64,000 nucleotides of DNA from an uncultured Gammaproteobacteria bacterium (lineage in GTDB: Bacteria; Patescibacteriota; Microgenomatia; Levybacterales; UBA12049): NCBI GenBank assembly GCA_964598355.1, contig CAZRBN010000001.1:5839-69838 (forward strand), read 5' to 3'. This document shows, piece by piece, positions 48,834-60,054 of the stretch. Position 1 is the stretch's first letter; each line of letters begins with the position of its first letter. The position numbers were made by a program, and so were the translations under genes. A model generated the notes under the pieces. That model saw nothing but the letters and a program-made list of their open reading frames with translations, ran no database searches and was not told where the DNA came from.

Positions 48834-49262
48834 ATGACCTCTATTAGCACACGTTTAAAATTCTTTCTCACTTTGGCAAAGGTGCAATCGTTACTTACTC
48901 GCAAATTTGATGGAGGGCTGGGAGGATTGGGATTTAGTGAATTTATGATTTTGTATCACCTCTCTCAAGCAAAAGATGAAAAATTAAGACGTGTCGATTT
49001 AGCATTAAAGATAGGACTTACTGCGTCCGGAGTAACAAGATTACTTCTTCCAATGGAAAAAATAGGTCTGGTCAATAAAGAATCTCATGCAACGGATGCC
49101 CGAGTTAGTTACGTATCTCTTGCGCCTGGAGGGAAAAGAAAATTCACCGAAGCATTCGAAGATGCAGAATTGTTAGCTTTTGAGCTTATCCCTTCTGCAA
49201 AAAAGAAAAAACTGGAAGAGCTAGCAGAACTTCTCTCTCAATTGAGCGGAACAATTTCCTAA
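48834..49262 (+). CDS. MarR family transcriptional regulator
   Basis: LRRVDLALKIGLTASGVTRLL..MEKIGLV..DARVSYVSL; start ATG 48834. Confidence 0.9.
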   Translation: MTSISTRLKFFLTLAKVQSLLTRKFDGGLGGLGFSEFMILYHLSQAKDEKLRRVDLALKIGLTASGVTRLLLPMEKIGLVNKESHATDARVSYVSLAPGGKRKFTEAFEDAELLAFELIPSAKKKKLEELAELLSQLSGTIS

Positions 49263-49440
49263 CCTCTCTTGTTTTCACTACGCGTTTTCTCTCGAAACTG
49301 TATTCTACTTCGCCCCAGAACACAATTACTGTTGATCTATCTTACTAAAATACTCTTTGCTTATTGACAAAAAGATATAGAATATTGTTCATTTAAATAG
49401 AGGGGTATTTCCCTTTACTTGTAGTTATCATAATGTTTTC

Positions 49441-51264
49441 ATGATTAAATTTGTCGGAGTTGCCCAAAAATACAAAGAAGTTGTCCTCTATTTTCTTCAA
49501 ACTGAAGGCGATAATACATTCTTTAAGGCAGTAATTAGTCAAAATGGGTTTGAATTTGGAGACACAAGCAAATATGTTTTTGCACTCGACAATATGCAAC
49601 GTGAAGAGCAAAGCTACAACTGGGATAGCTTCCGTATTGCAAAAGAGGGACATGAATATATATTGACCTATAAACATAATACGGAAAAAAATGGTCTTTT
49701 ACTGGGTGCCTTATCCACTGATCTTACTGTTTGGCAAAAAATAGGAAAAATTGAAAACATCACTGAGACAGGCACAGTAGTCCCTGAGTACCAACATCAT
49801 GATACCTTTGTGATGTATGTTGGAGAAAAAGAAATAAAAATTGCTTACTCGAAAGATTTAGTAACATGGAAGTTAGATACAACTCCGCTTCTTACCCCAC
49901 GTCCTGAATTCTTTGATGATAGTGACATAGAAGTTGCTAACGCATACGAAAGAGATGGGCATATCCTTCTTATTTATTACGTAAAAAAACAAGGGGATGG
50001 CACTCCTCGCTTTTTAGTAGGCGCTGCATATTTTGATAAAGCAAATCCTTCTAAACTCGTATGGAGATCTGATGAACCAATTTATGAACACCCTCAAGAA
50101 TTTTATAAAGAGAACATTCAGCCTATTGGCTCTGCAATTATACATGACCAACTTATTTTGTATTGGTCAGTTAATGAAAGCAGTATCTTTTCAGTTGCTT
50201 GCCCAATTCCTGTTATTACAGAAGTTCCAAAGAAAAAAATCTTTTCCTTTCTTATTAACAAAGCCACAAACAATCCAATCATTACGCCACGACCCAATGT
50301 CCCATGGGAATCCAGAGCGACCTTTAACACTGCAGCAATCTATGAAGATGGCAAAGTTCATTTTTTATATAGAGCTCTTGGTGATACCGACCTTTCAGTC
50401 TTAGGCTATGCAACAAGTACAGACGGTCTAACAATTGACGAAAGATCCGATTTACCCGCATATATTCCTCGCGAACCTTTTGAAACGCCAGGTGGTCATC
50501 AATTTAATTCAATGGCGCAACATTTTGCATCAGGAGGCGGATATGGTGGAGTTGAAGATCCACGCATTACCCGAGTTGAGGATAGAGTGTACTTAACCTA
50601 CGTTGCATTTGACGGAGCGACACCTCCACGAGCTGCAATGTCTAGTATCCATATTGATGATTTCTTGAAAAATAATTGGGAGGCATGGAATAAAGCAAAG
50701 CTTATTTCAGCGCCTGGCATGGTCAATAAAAGCGCTGTTGTTTTGCCTCGGAAAATAAAGGGGAAATATGTTGTGATGCATCGTGTTTACCCAAATATTC
50801 TTATAGATTACCTAGACAATTTGGAGTTTAACGACTATTTACAAGGACATTATTTTATTCCACCACGAAAAAAATTTTGGGATAGTAAAAAAGTTGGCGC
50901 AGGAGCTCCCCCAATGGAAACAAAAGATGGCTGGCTTCTTATTTATCAATCAGTTGGATATCAGGATCCTGGACGATATAAGATAGGAGCTATGATGCTA
51001 GATAAAGATAATCCATCAAAAGTCCTTTATCGTACTCACACACCAATCATTGAACCAAATGAAGACTATGAGAATAGTGGGTTTAAAGCAGGCGTTGTGT
51101 ATCCTTGTGGTGCTGTTATAATGAAAGATAAGCTGCATGTGTACTATGGTGGCGCAGATACGGTTGTGTGTGCTGCTTCTGCAGACTTGGATACATTTCT
51201 TGATGAAATGAAACATCATCAAGAACCAAAACTCAGAAAAGTGTCCAGTACTTTATTTCATTGA
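49441..51264 (+). CDS. GH130-like glycosidase/phosphorylase, degenerate N-terminal plus intact C-terminal beta-propeller
   Basis: NPII, ATFNTAA, GVEDPRI, YYGGADT in the C-terminal half; N-terminal half lacks EDPR. Confidence 0.82.
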   Translation: MIKFVGVAQKYKEVVLYFLQTEGDNTFFKAVISQNGFEFGDTSKYVFALDNMQREEQSYNWDSFRIAKEGHEYILTYKHNTEKNGLLLGALSTDLTVWQKIGKIENITETGTVVPEYQHHDTFVMYVGEKEIKIAYSKDLVTWKLDTTPLLTPRPEFFDDSDIEVANAYERDGHILLIYYVKKQGDGTPRFLVGAAYFDKANPSKLVWRSDEPIYEHPQEFYKENIQPIGSAIIHDQLILYWSVNESSIFSVACPIPVITEVPKKKIFSFLINKATNNPIITPRPNVPWESRATFNTAAIYEDGKVHFLYRALGDTDLSVLGYATSTDGLTIDERSDLPAYIPREPFETPGGHQFNSMAQHFASGGGYGGVEDPRITRVEDRVYLTYVAFDGATPPRAAMSSIHIDDFLKNNWEAWNKAKLISAPGMVNKSAVVLPRKIKGKYVVMHRVYPNILIDYLDNLEFNDYLQGHYFIPPRKKFWDSKKVGAGAPPMETKDGWLLIYQSVGYQDPGRYKIGAMMLDKDNPSKVLYRTHTPIIEPNEDYENSGFKAGVVYPCGAVIMKDKLHVYYGGADTVVCAASADLDTFLDEMKHHQEPKLRKVSSTLFH

Positions 51265-51277
51265 AATTATAAGAGCA

Positions 51278-51360
51278 AAATGAAAAGTTAAAAGTTTTGG
51301 TACTTTATGCTTATAGATAGATTCCTTAACTTTACATTTTTAACTTTAAGCTTTTAACTT
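51278..51360. repeat. Intergenic AT-rich hairpin element with 7-bp periodic arms
   Basis: aaaagttaaaagttttggtacttt...tttaactttaagcttttaactt, ending 7 nt before the next ATG. Confidence 0.6.
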
Positions 51361-51367
51361 AATTTAT

Positions 51368-53299
51368 ATGGCAACACTATCACGAGTCAAGGAAAATCCT
51401 ATTCTCTCACCAGACCCAAATCACCTCTGGGAACACGATGGGGCATTTAATGGATGCGTTGTTTTTGCAGAAGGTAAATATCATATGGTGTACCGTGCAT
51501 ATTCTGCACAAACTCAGCAAAATGGCGTGCAGACGCAAGTTTCCTCCATTGGATATGCGCAAAGTGATGACGGCATTCATTTCTCCGAGCATAAACAAAT
51601 AATTATACCGACAGAAGACTGGGAAATATATGGATGTGAAGACCCACGCATTACCTATATGGATGGGAAATTTTATATTATCTACACAGCCCTTTCTGTA
51701 TATCCATTTGCTGCATATGGTATAAAACTTGCTGTTGCAATAACGACCGATTTTCAAAATTTTGAAAAACACCCAGTAACTACTTTTAACTCAAAAGCAA
51801 TGGGACTGTTTCCGGAAAAAATTAACGGAAAAATGGCAGCTCTTTTAACAATGCATACAGACTTACCACCAGCAAAAATCGCACTTGCAGTGTTTGATAA
51901 GCCAGAAGATCTATGGTCGCAGCAATATTGGACACAATGGTATGAGAATGCTAACGAACATATTATTCACCTGCTTCGGGATGCGCGAGATCAAGTAGAA
52001 TTAGGAGCTCCTCCGCTAAAAACAGAACACGGCTGGCTTGTTATTTATTCATATATTAGGAATTATATGTCCAATGAAAAAATATTTGGTATTGAAGCAG
52101 TACTCCTAAACTTGAACGACCCAAGAAAAGTAATTGGACGGACAGCACTTCCTATCCTCACTCCTGAAGAGCCATACGAACTTGAAGGCATTGTTCCACA
52201 AGTGGTTTTCCCATCAGGAGCGTTGATTAAAGATGACCTGCTCTACGTGTACTACGGCGCAGCAGATACTCGTGTTGCTCTTGCAACGATGCATCTTGCA
52301 TCGCTGCTTGACCAACTCAAACCTGTTACCAATCTTCCTTCGACTACTAAAGATTCAGATCCAAAAAAATTTGCTAGATTTGAAGGAAATCCTATTCTGA
52401 AACCTCTTCCAGAACTCGAGTGGGAAAAGCAAGGAACCTTTAATCCTGCATCCCTCTATGAAGACGGGAAATTTCATATTCTTTATCGGGCACAATCATC
52501 AGAGGGGACATCCACCATTGGATACGCATCAAGTACAGACGGATTTCACATCGATGAACGTCTCAATACTCCTATCTATACTCCACGAGAAAGTTTTGAA
52601 CTCCCAACACATCCAGGAAATTCAGGCTGTGAAGACCCAAGAATTACAAAAATCGGTGATAGACTGTATATGACCTATACTGCCTATGACGGCACAAATC
52701 CTCCTCGGGTTGCGTTAACATCTATTGCCCTCTCTGATTTTTTGGCAAAAAACTGGAATTGGGAAAAACCCAAACTCATTTCACCTCCTGGTGTTGATGA
52801 TAAAGACGCATGTATTGTGAAAAAAGTAAAAGGAGAAGGATACGTTGCATTCCATCGTCTGGGAGATGCTATGTGGGTAGATTTTTTACGAGACTTAGAT
52901 TTTCCCGAGAAGAAATATTTAACTGGGGGCATTATTGCTCAAGCTCGAAAAGACAAATGGGATAATGTTAAATTAGGTATTGCTGCACCTCCTCTGGAAA
53001 CCGAACAGGGATGGCTTCTCCTCTATCATGGTGTTAGCCAACCTGGTTTTAAATATAAAGTAGGAGCAATGCTTCTGGACTATGAGGATCCACGAAAGAT
53101 TTTAGGTCGAACAGATGAGCCTATTTTTGAGCCAAAAGAACTCTATGAATTAGAGGGAGTTGTTCCAAATGTAGTCTTCCCTTGTGGTGCCTCAGTAAAA
53201 GATGGAACAATATACATCTATTATGGAGGAGCAGATACTGTACTTGGTGTTGCTACGATGTCGCAACAAATACTTCTGGATATGCTTCTTGGAAAATAA
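51368..53299 (+). CDS. GH130-like glycosidase/phosphorylase with two beta-propeller domains
   Basis: Two copies of NPIL..WE..FN, GCEDPRIT, VVFPxGA, YYGxADT. Confidence 0.88.
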   Translation: MATLSRVKENPILSPDPNHLWEHDGAFNGCVVFAEGKYHMVYRAYSAQTQQNGVQTQVSSIGYAQSDDGIHFSEHKQIIIPTEDWEIYGCEDPRITYMDGKFYIIYTALSVYPFAAYGIKLAVAITTDFQNFEKHPVTTFNSKAMGLFPEKINGKMAALLTMHTDLPPAKIALAVFDKPEDLWSQQYWTQWYENANEHIIHLLRDARDQVELGAPPLKTEHGWLVIYSYIRNYMSNEKIFGIEAVLLNLNDPRKVIGRTALPILTPEEPYELEGIVPQVVFPSGALIKDDLLYVYYGAADTRVALATMHLASLLDQLKPVTNLPSTTKDSDPKKFARFEGNPILKPLPELEWEKQGTFNPASLYEDGKFHILYRAQSSEGTSTIGYASSTDGFHIDERLNTPIYTPRESFELPTHPGNSGCEDPRITKIGDRLYMTYTAYDGTNPPRVALTSIALSDFLAKNWNWEKPKLISPPGVDDKDACIVKKVKGEGYVAFHRLGDAMWVDFLRDLDFPEKKYLTGGIIAQARKDKWDNVKLGIAAPPLETEQGWLLLYHGVSQPGFKYKVGAMLLDYEDPRKILGRTDEPIFEPKELYELEGVVPNVVFPCGASVKDGTIYIYYGGADTVLGVATMSQQILLDMLLGK

Positions 53300-53356
53300 A
53301 GAAATGATCTCTACTAGAAACTCTGTAGTAATTTCGTTATAGTAAATATAACTGCT

Positions 53357-54178
53357 ATGAAAAAGCTTCTTTTTCTTTCCTTATTTGTTTATTTGGTTAT
53401 TGGCTTATTTGCTTATGTACCTACCTTTGCCTTTGCTCAAACACCTTCTGATACAACTCAAACTGATCCTGCTAGTGGAGCTGTCGCAGGACTTGGCGTT
53501 GCACGAATGGTTGATACAAAAGAAAAGAATGTAAAAGATGGGAATATTCTTTCTTCATCACCCCAAGGAGCAGTTTTAACAACTATTCCTTATGATTCAC
53601 AGATCTTAGGAATTGTCAGTCGTAATGCGGGTATCATGGTAAGCACAACAGGTGATGATAACGGAATTCCTGTTATTTCTGACGGGACATTGTATGTTCT
53701 TGTTTCATCTCAACAAGGAGCAATTAAAAAAGGTGACCAAATAACATCATCAACAATTCCTGGGGTTGGAGTAAAGGCAATAAAATCAGGCTACGTTTTG
53801 GGGAGTGCTTTGGAGGACTATACCAATCCAGATCCTAAAAAAACAGGTCTTATTGCTGTCAGTGTTAATTTGCACTATTTTAATTCCAAGCCGACCTTTG
53901 CTGGGACACTGACTGATATTTTTAAGATTGCTCTTTTACCAACGAAAGATTCACCCGCTCCTATTTTTAAATATGTTGTTGCTGCTCTCGTTGTACTAGG
54001 ATCACTGGCTCTCGGGTTTATCAGTTTTGGCCGTACAGCAGCAAAAGGAGTTGAAGCCTTAGGACGAAATCCGGCAGCAAGCGGAGTTATTCAATTAGGA
54101 ATTATTTTTAATGTTGCAATTGTGGTTGTTATTGCTGCAGCAGGTTTGGTGGTCGCCTTCTTAATCTTAAGACTCTGA
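53357..54178 (+). CDS. Exported-domain protein fused to an ATP synthase subunit c-like hairpin lacking the ion-binding carboxylate
   Basis: Signal peptide (AFA-Q), about 130-aa beta-rich domain, then two TM helices joined by AKGVEALGRNPAASGVIQ; in the atpE position. Confidence 0.8.
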   Translation: MKKLLFLSLFVYLVIGLFAYVPTFAFAQTPSDTTQTDPASGAVAGLGVARMVDTKEKNVKDGNILSSSPQGAVLTTIPYDSQILGIVSRNAGIMVSTTGDDNGIPVISDGTLYVLVSSQQGAIKKGDQITSSTIPGVGVKAIKSGYVLGSALEDYTNPDPKKTGLIAVSVNLHYFNSKPTFAGTLTDIFKIALLPTKDSPAPIFKYVVAALVVLGSLALGFISFGRTAAKGVEALGRNPAASGVIQLGIIFNVAIVVVIAAAGLVVAFLILRL

Positions 54179-54242
54179 AAGAGTACCTCATCTCTACCTC
54201 TTCCCATATGGGAGAAACTCCTTTACAATAGTAGATATACAT

Positions 54243-54878
54243 ATGCTGCCCACATTGTTTCAGCTAATTACTGTTAGTGCTGATATTGCTATTTTTGTCT
54301 ACGTAGGATACTACCTGCTAAAACTTCGGCAAAAAGATAACTATTTAAAAAGAAAAGAACAACGAATAGACACCAATTACCACGAAGTTGTAGATAATGC
54401 TCTTACCAAAGAACGGAAAATTCTTGAGGATGCAACTGATGAAGCTGATGAAATAATAAGCGGCGCTCAGTATATAAGCCAATCTTCTAGAGAAGCAATT
54501 CATGATGCTTTACGGGTTATGATACTTGATATTCAAAAAGAAGCAGGAGAGATTAGTCATAATTTTAATATCACGTATGCAAATTCCTTAAAGCAACTTA
54601 CTGCAGAATCATTGGGGGATTTTCAACAAATCTCCAAAGAACTCCAGACAGATTTGGAGCTCCAAATTAAAACCTTTCGAGAGACACTTTTGCCAAATTT
54701 AGAAAAAGAATTAGAAACATATAAACAGACACGCTTGCAGCAAACTGAGAAAATGATAGCAAGCATTGTGCAACGTGTATCTCAAGAGGTTCTCAATAAA
54801 TCACTATCTCTTTCTGACCATCAAACACTAATTATTGAAGCCCTTGAAAAATCAAAAAAAGAAGGACTATTCGACTAA
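54243..54878 (+). CDS. F-type ATPase subunit b-like peripheral stalk
   Basis: Single N-terminal TM then long charged helix (KILEDATDEADEII; SQEVLNKSLSLSDHQTLIIEAL); atpF position. Confidence 0.75.
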   Translation: MLPTLFQLITVSADIAIFVYVGYYLLKLRQKDNYLKRKEQRIDTNYHEVVDNALTKERKILEDATDEADEIISGAQYISQSSREAIHDALRVMILDIQKEAGEISHNFNITYANSLKQLTAESLGDFQQISKELQTDLELQIKTFRETLLPNLEKELETYKQTRLQQTEKMIASIVQRVSQEVLNKSLSLSDHQTLIIEALEKSKKEGLFD

Positions 54879-54938
54879 ATTTAAAAATTAAAAATTGTGG
54901 TACTTTTGTTTATAAATAAAGTACTTCAATTTTTGATT
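54878..54938. repeat. Intergenic AT-rich hairpin element
   Basis: aaaattgtggtactttt-gtttataaat-aaagtacttcaatttt inverted repeat. Confidence 0.65.
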
Positions 54939-54945
54939 CGCCATT

Positions 54946-55461
54946 ATGGATTCACTTAATTTATCAGATTTTTTTACAACAAAAGGTCAGGCAACTGATT
55001 TTTTATCACGACTGGCAACATTATCAGAAATGATTTACAAAACAGATTTTAAGTTAGAGACATCACTTATGGGATTATTTGGCATTCAAAAAAAAGATAA
55101 ATTTTTAACTTTGCTACGAGAAAATAATATTCCATCTAATTCTGCTGAAGATTTGAAAAATTTTATTATAACCCTACAAACAACCATAGCAAAACTTCCT
55201 GTTTTTTCTCTTACTATTGCCTTTGAGCCGACAGAACAAACACTCAAAGTTATTTCAGAATGGTTTGTCATGAATCTGAGAAAACAGGCTATCTTTGATT
55301 TTGTTGTTGATCCGTCTCTTATTGCTGGAGCAACCATTAACTATAACGGAAGATTTAAAGATTATTCTTTCAAGAATCCGGTAGAGCAGATGCTTTCAAC
55401 CCTTCTACAATCACAAAATAGACAAACACAACAGACAAGTGCACCAACAGAAGTAAGTTAA
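54946..55461 (+). CDS. atpH: F-type ATPase subunit delta-like
   Basis: C-terminal VDPSLIAGATINYNGRFKDYS matches the delta/OSCP signature; N-terminus divergent. Confidence 0.75.
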   Translation: MDSLNLSDFFTTKGQATDFLSRLATLSEMIYKTDFKLETSLMGLFGIQKKDKFLTLLRENNIPSNSAEDLKNFIITLQTTIAKLPVFSLTIAFEPTEQTLKVISEWFVMNLRKQAIFDFVVDPSLIAGATINYNGRFKDYSFKNPVEQMLSTLLQSQNRQTQQTSAPTEVS

Positions 55462-55548
55462 AATGCAAAATCGATAACTCAAAACCTAAGGTATTTTACT
55501 TATATACTTTTATTTTTTTTCAATTTTGACTTTTGCATTTTGAATTGA
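55459..55548. repeat. Intergenic AT-rich hairpin element with 7-bp periodic arms
   Basis: aaaatgcaaaa...ttttgacttttgcattttgaattga immediately before the atpA ATG. Confidence 0.6.
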
Positions 55549-55552
55549 CGTT

Positions 55553-57058
55553 ATGGAAACATTTGAGCAATTATTACAAAAAACAGGAGAATATGGTGTG
55601 GTTTACCAGGTAAGTCACCCTATTGTTTTTATAGAAGGACTACCGAATGTTAAAACGCATGAGGTTATTTTGTTTGAAAGTGGACAAAAAGGCGAAGTGT
55701 TTAGTATTAACCGCGGGAAAATTGAAGCAAGAATTTTTTCTCATGAACCAGCAAGAGTTGGCACGAAAGTTACTCGTACTGATCAGCTGCTTTCAGTACC
55801 TGTTGGAAAAGAATTATTAGGACAAGCTATAAACCCATTAGGAGAACCTCTTGATTCAAGCGTTCCTTTCACCAAACCAACTCAAATGGGTGATTTGGAT
55901 GCCAAACCAGTGGGTATTGCTGGCAGACAAAAAATAACGACTCCTTTGGCAACTGGTATTTCGCTTATTGATCTTCTTCTTCCTTTAGGACGAGGCCAGC
56001 GGGAATTGATCATTGGAGACAGAAAAACAGGAAAGACGTCAGTGCTTATGACCGTAATAAAAAAACAAGTCTATGAAGGCGTTATCGCAATTTATGCAGC
56101 AATTGCCAAGAAAAAAAGTGATATAAAAAGGCTCCAAGAATTTTTTGTCCAAGAAAAAATTATGGGAAATATTATTCTTGTTGCAACCAGCTCGTATGAC
56201 TCTCCAAGTCTTATTTACCAAACACCATACGCAGCAATGGCAATTGCTGAGTATTTTAAAGAACAAGGTATTCATACTCTTGTCATTTTGGATGATCTTT
56301 CAACCCATGCAAAATTTTATCGAGAACTGTCTCTCCTTGCTCGACGCTTCCCTGGCCGAGATTCTTACCCTGGCGACGTTTTTTATACACATTCTAGACT
56401 TCTTGAACGGGCTGGGAATTTTAAGCATCCAAAAGTAGGGGAAGTATCAATTACCTGTTTGCCTGTTATAGAAATTGTTGAAGGAGATTTTACTGGCTAT
56501 ATTTCAACAAATGTTATGGGCATTACTGATGGCCACCTTTATTTGGATACCAATATCTATTATCAAGGTATGCGTCCTGCCGTGAATATTCCTTTATCAG
56601 TTACCCGTGTTGGCCGACAGACGCTTAGCAAGTTATCCCGAGAAATCAATAAAAATCTCACCTCCTTTTTAGCAGAATACACAAAACTTCAGACTATTTC
56701 TCACTTTGGTCAGGAATTAACTGATGATGTAAAAAAGAAACTTAAACTTGGAGATATGGTTTATAAATTTTTCAATCAACCATATCAAGTTACCGTTCCA
56801 ACACAAGTACAACTGGTTATCCTTTCTATGATTCTTCAGGATTTCATTCCAGATAAAGAAGCACTTGAGAAAATAAAAAATGGTCTTATTGCTGCTTCAT
56901 ATGATCGGGGAAAACAAAAAATATTATATGACCTAACAAATACAAAGGATTCAAAAACTTTTGATGAAAATGTTTTAAAAAATAAAGATCAGTTACTCAC
57001 ACTTGCCGGATTTAATGTAACACAACCAACTCCAACATCAACACAACCAGTAGGATAA
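55553..57058 (+). CDS. atpA: F1-type ATPase alpha subunit (divergent)
   Basis: PLGRGQRELIIGDRKTGKT, DDLSTHA, PGRDSYPGDVFYTHSRLLERA, LSVTRVG (arginine finger). Confidence 0.93.
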   Translation: METFEQLLQKTGEYGVVYQVSHPIVFIEGLPNVKTHEVILFESGQKGEVFSINRGKIEARIFSHEPARVGTKVTRTDQLLSVPVGKELLGQAINPLGEPLDSSVPFTKPTQMGDLDAKPVGIAGRQKITTPLATGISLIDLLLPLGRGQRELIIGDRKTGKTSVLMTVIKKQVYEGVIAIYAAIAKKKSDIKRLQEFFVQEKIMGNIILVATSSYDSPSLIYQTPYAAMAIAEYFKEQGIHTLVILDDLSTHAKFYRELSLLARRFPGRDSYPGDVFYTHSRLLERAGNFKHPKVGEVSITCLPVIEIVEGDFTGYISTNVMGITDGHLYLDTNIYYQGMRPAVNIPLSVTRVGRQTLSKLSREINKNLTSFLAEYTKLQTISHFGQELTDDVKKKLKLGDMVYKFFNQPYQVTVPTQVQLVILSMILQDFIPDKEALEKIKNGLIAASYDRGKQKILYDLTNTKDSKTFDENVLKNKDQLLTLAGFNVTQPTPTSTQPVG

Positions 57059-57152
57059 CAAGTGACAATACAGACAGGGAGTTAAAAGATGAAAGCAGTA
57101 TAAAGTAGAAGAATAGCAAACCAAAAACGGATGGACTACTAAATATTAACCT

Positions 57153-58049
57153 ATGGCACAAAAAAAATTAGTTCAAGAAGACCTGGAGGCACTTAATAGT
57201 TTAAAAGATTTGGTACAAAGTTATGAAGAGATTGCAGTTATTCGTATGCAAAATATTAAGGAGTCCGTCTTAAAAACACGTGATTTTTTAACTGAAATTT
57301 CCGATATTTTTGTTGACTTAAAAGCATCGTATGAACGGGAGGTAAAAGACCTTATGGCACGAATAAAACGAGGTGAAAAGACAATTATACAAGGACTGCA
57401 AAACAATGGAAAAACACTTCTTGTCTATTTATCTTCTAACGGTCGGCTTTATGGATCTGTTACACAAAAGACATTCAGGTTATTTACTGAAGATTTGAAA
57501 AAACCAGAAGGGACAACAGCAGATCTTGTTGTTATTGGAAGCGCCGGACGTGAAATGTTTGAAGGATCAAATGCAAGTAAAAATAAGCAATTTGAATATT
57601 TTGAAATTCCTGATACTAGTGTCAATGTTGATCACATTAAAAAACTCATGCAAAAATTTCTCCAGTACGAAAAAGTATATATCTATTATGGAAAATTTGG
57701 GAATGTCGTTACACAAACTCCTATTGCAACAAGTATTACCGGCGAAGATGTTTTTGAAACTGAAATAGTTAATCCAACTCCGAGAGAAGACAGATTTATT
57801 TTTGAGCCAACACTCGAGAAAATTTTTCATTTTTTTGAAACGCAAATTATGGCAAATCTTTTTAGCCAAACACTACTGGAAAATCAACTTGCTCGTCATG
57901 CATCTCGAGTCAATGCGATGGAAGAGGCACTTGGACATATAGAAGAAGAATCTAAAAAATTAAACCAGGTAAAAAATCGCTTGAGACATTTAACACAAAA
58001 TAAAAAACAGCTAGAGACCATTTCAGGGGTCATTTCTTTGCTTGAATAG
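57153..58049 (+). CDS. atpG: F1-type ATPase gamma subunit (divergent)
   Basis: N- and C-terminal coiled coils, SSNGRLYGS (cf. SDRGLCG), FIFEP, LARHASRVNAMEEA. Confidence 0.85.
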   Translation: MAQKKLVQEDLEALNSLKDLVQSYEEIAVIRMQNIKESVLKTRDFLTEISDIFVDLKASYEREVKDLMARIKRGEKTIIQGLQNNGKTLLVYLSSNGRLYGSVTQKTFRLFTEDLKKPEGTTADLVVIGSAGREMFEGSNASKNKQFEYFEIPDTSVNVDHIKKLMQKFLQYEKVYIYYGKFGNVVTQTPIATSITGEDVFETEIVNPTPREDRFIFEPTLEKIFHFFETQIMANLFSQTLLENQLARHASRVNAMEEALGHIEEESKKLNQVKNRLRHLTQNKKQLETISGVISLLE

Positions 58050-58127
58050 TTGTGAAAATTAATGAACATTATATATGATCTAAAATTAGCTTTAGTAATT
58101 AAATACAGTCTAAATATATTTACATAA

Positions 58128-59693
<1,566 letters not shown>

Positions 59694-59729
59694 AGAGATG
59701 TATTACTGAAACATATGTAAAAAACATAC

Positions 59730-60005
59730 TTTTACTATTTTAAAAGTTATCAATTTTGTAAACTCATAGGGTTTTTGGGCTTTAAAAATCGGTGAGTTTT
59801 ATGATGTTGTAACATTACAGACTTTGGTAGATTGAGTAAGCTTTGTTGCTTTTTAGTTTTTTGGGCTTTAAAACTTGTTGCATGCATAAGCTATATAGAC
59901 TACACGAGTTTTAAAAACTGTATAAGCTCTTTACAGGTTTTGTTTTTTGTTGTTTTAAAAGAAAAATATTTGTATACTAAAAGAGTTGTTTTGTTGTGCT
60001 TAATT
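59730..60005. repeat. Non-coding array of degenerate T-tract/TTTAAAA units with about 43-bp period
   Basis: TTTAAAA ending at 59745, 59787, 59873, 59916, 59960; two identical tttttgggctttaaaa copies. Confidence 0.55.
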
Positions 60006-60054
60006 GGCGGCTTTGTATGAAGATATAGCATATTTAATTTTGCACTAATCACGT

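Noticed and set aside
54202-54213. 12-bp palindrome tcccatatggga between c-like and b-like genes
   Set aside because: Single short occurrence with no U tract; cannot be distinguished from chance.
59730-60005. CRISPR array or the 62-aa ORF 59832..60020
   Set aside because: Repeats are short, degenerate and non-palindromic, no cas genes are present, and the ORF has a TTG start and no recognisable protein features.
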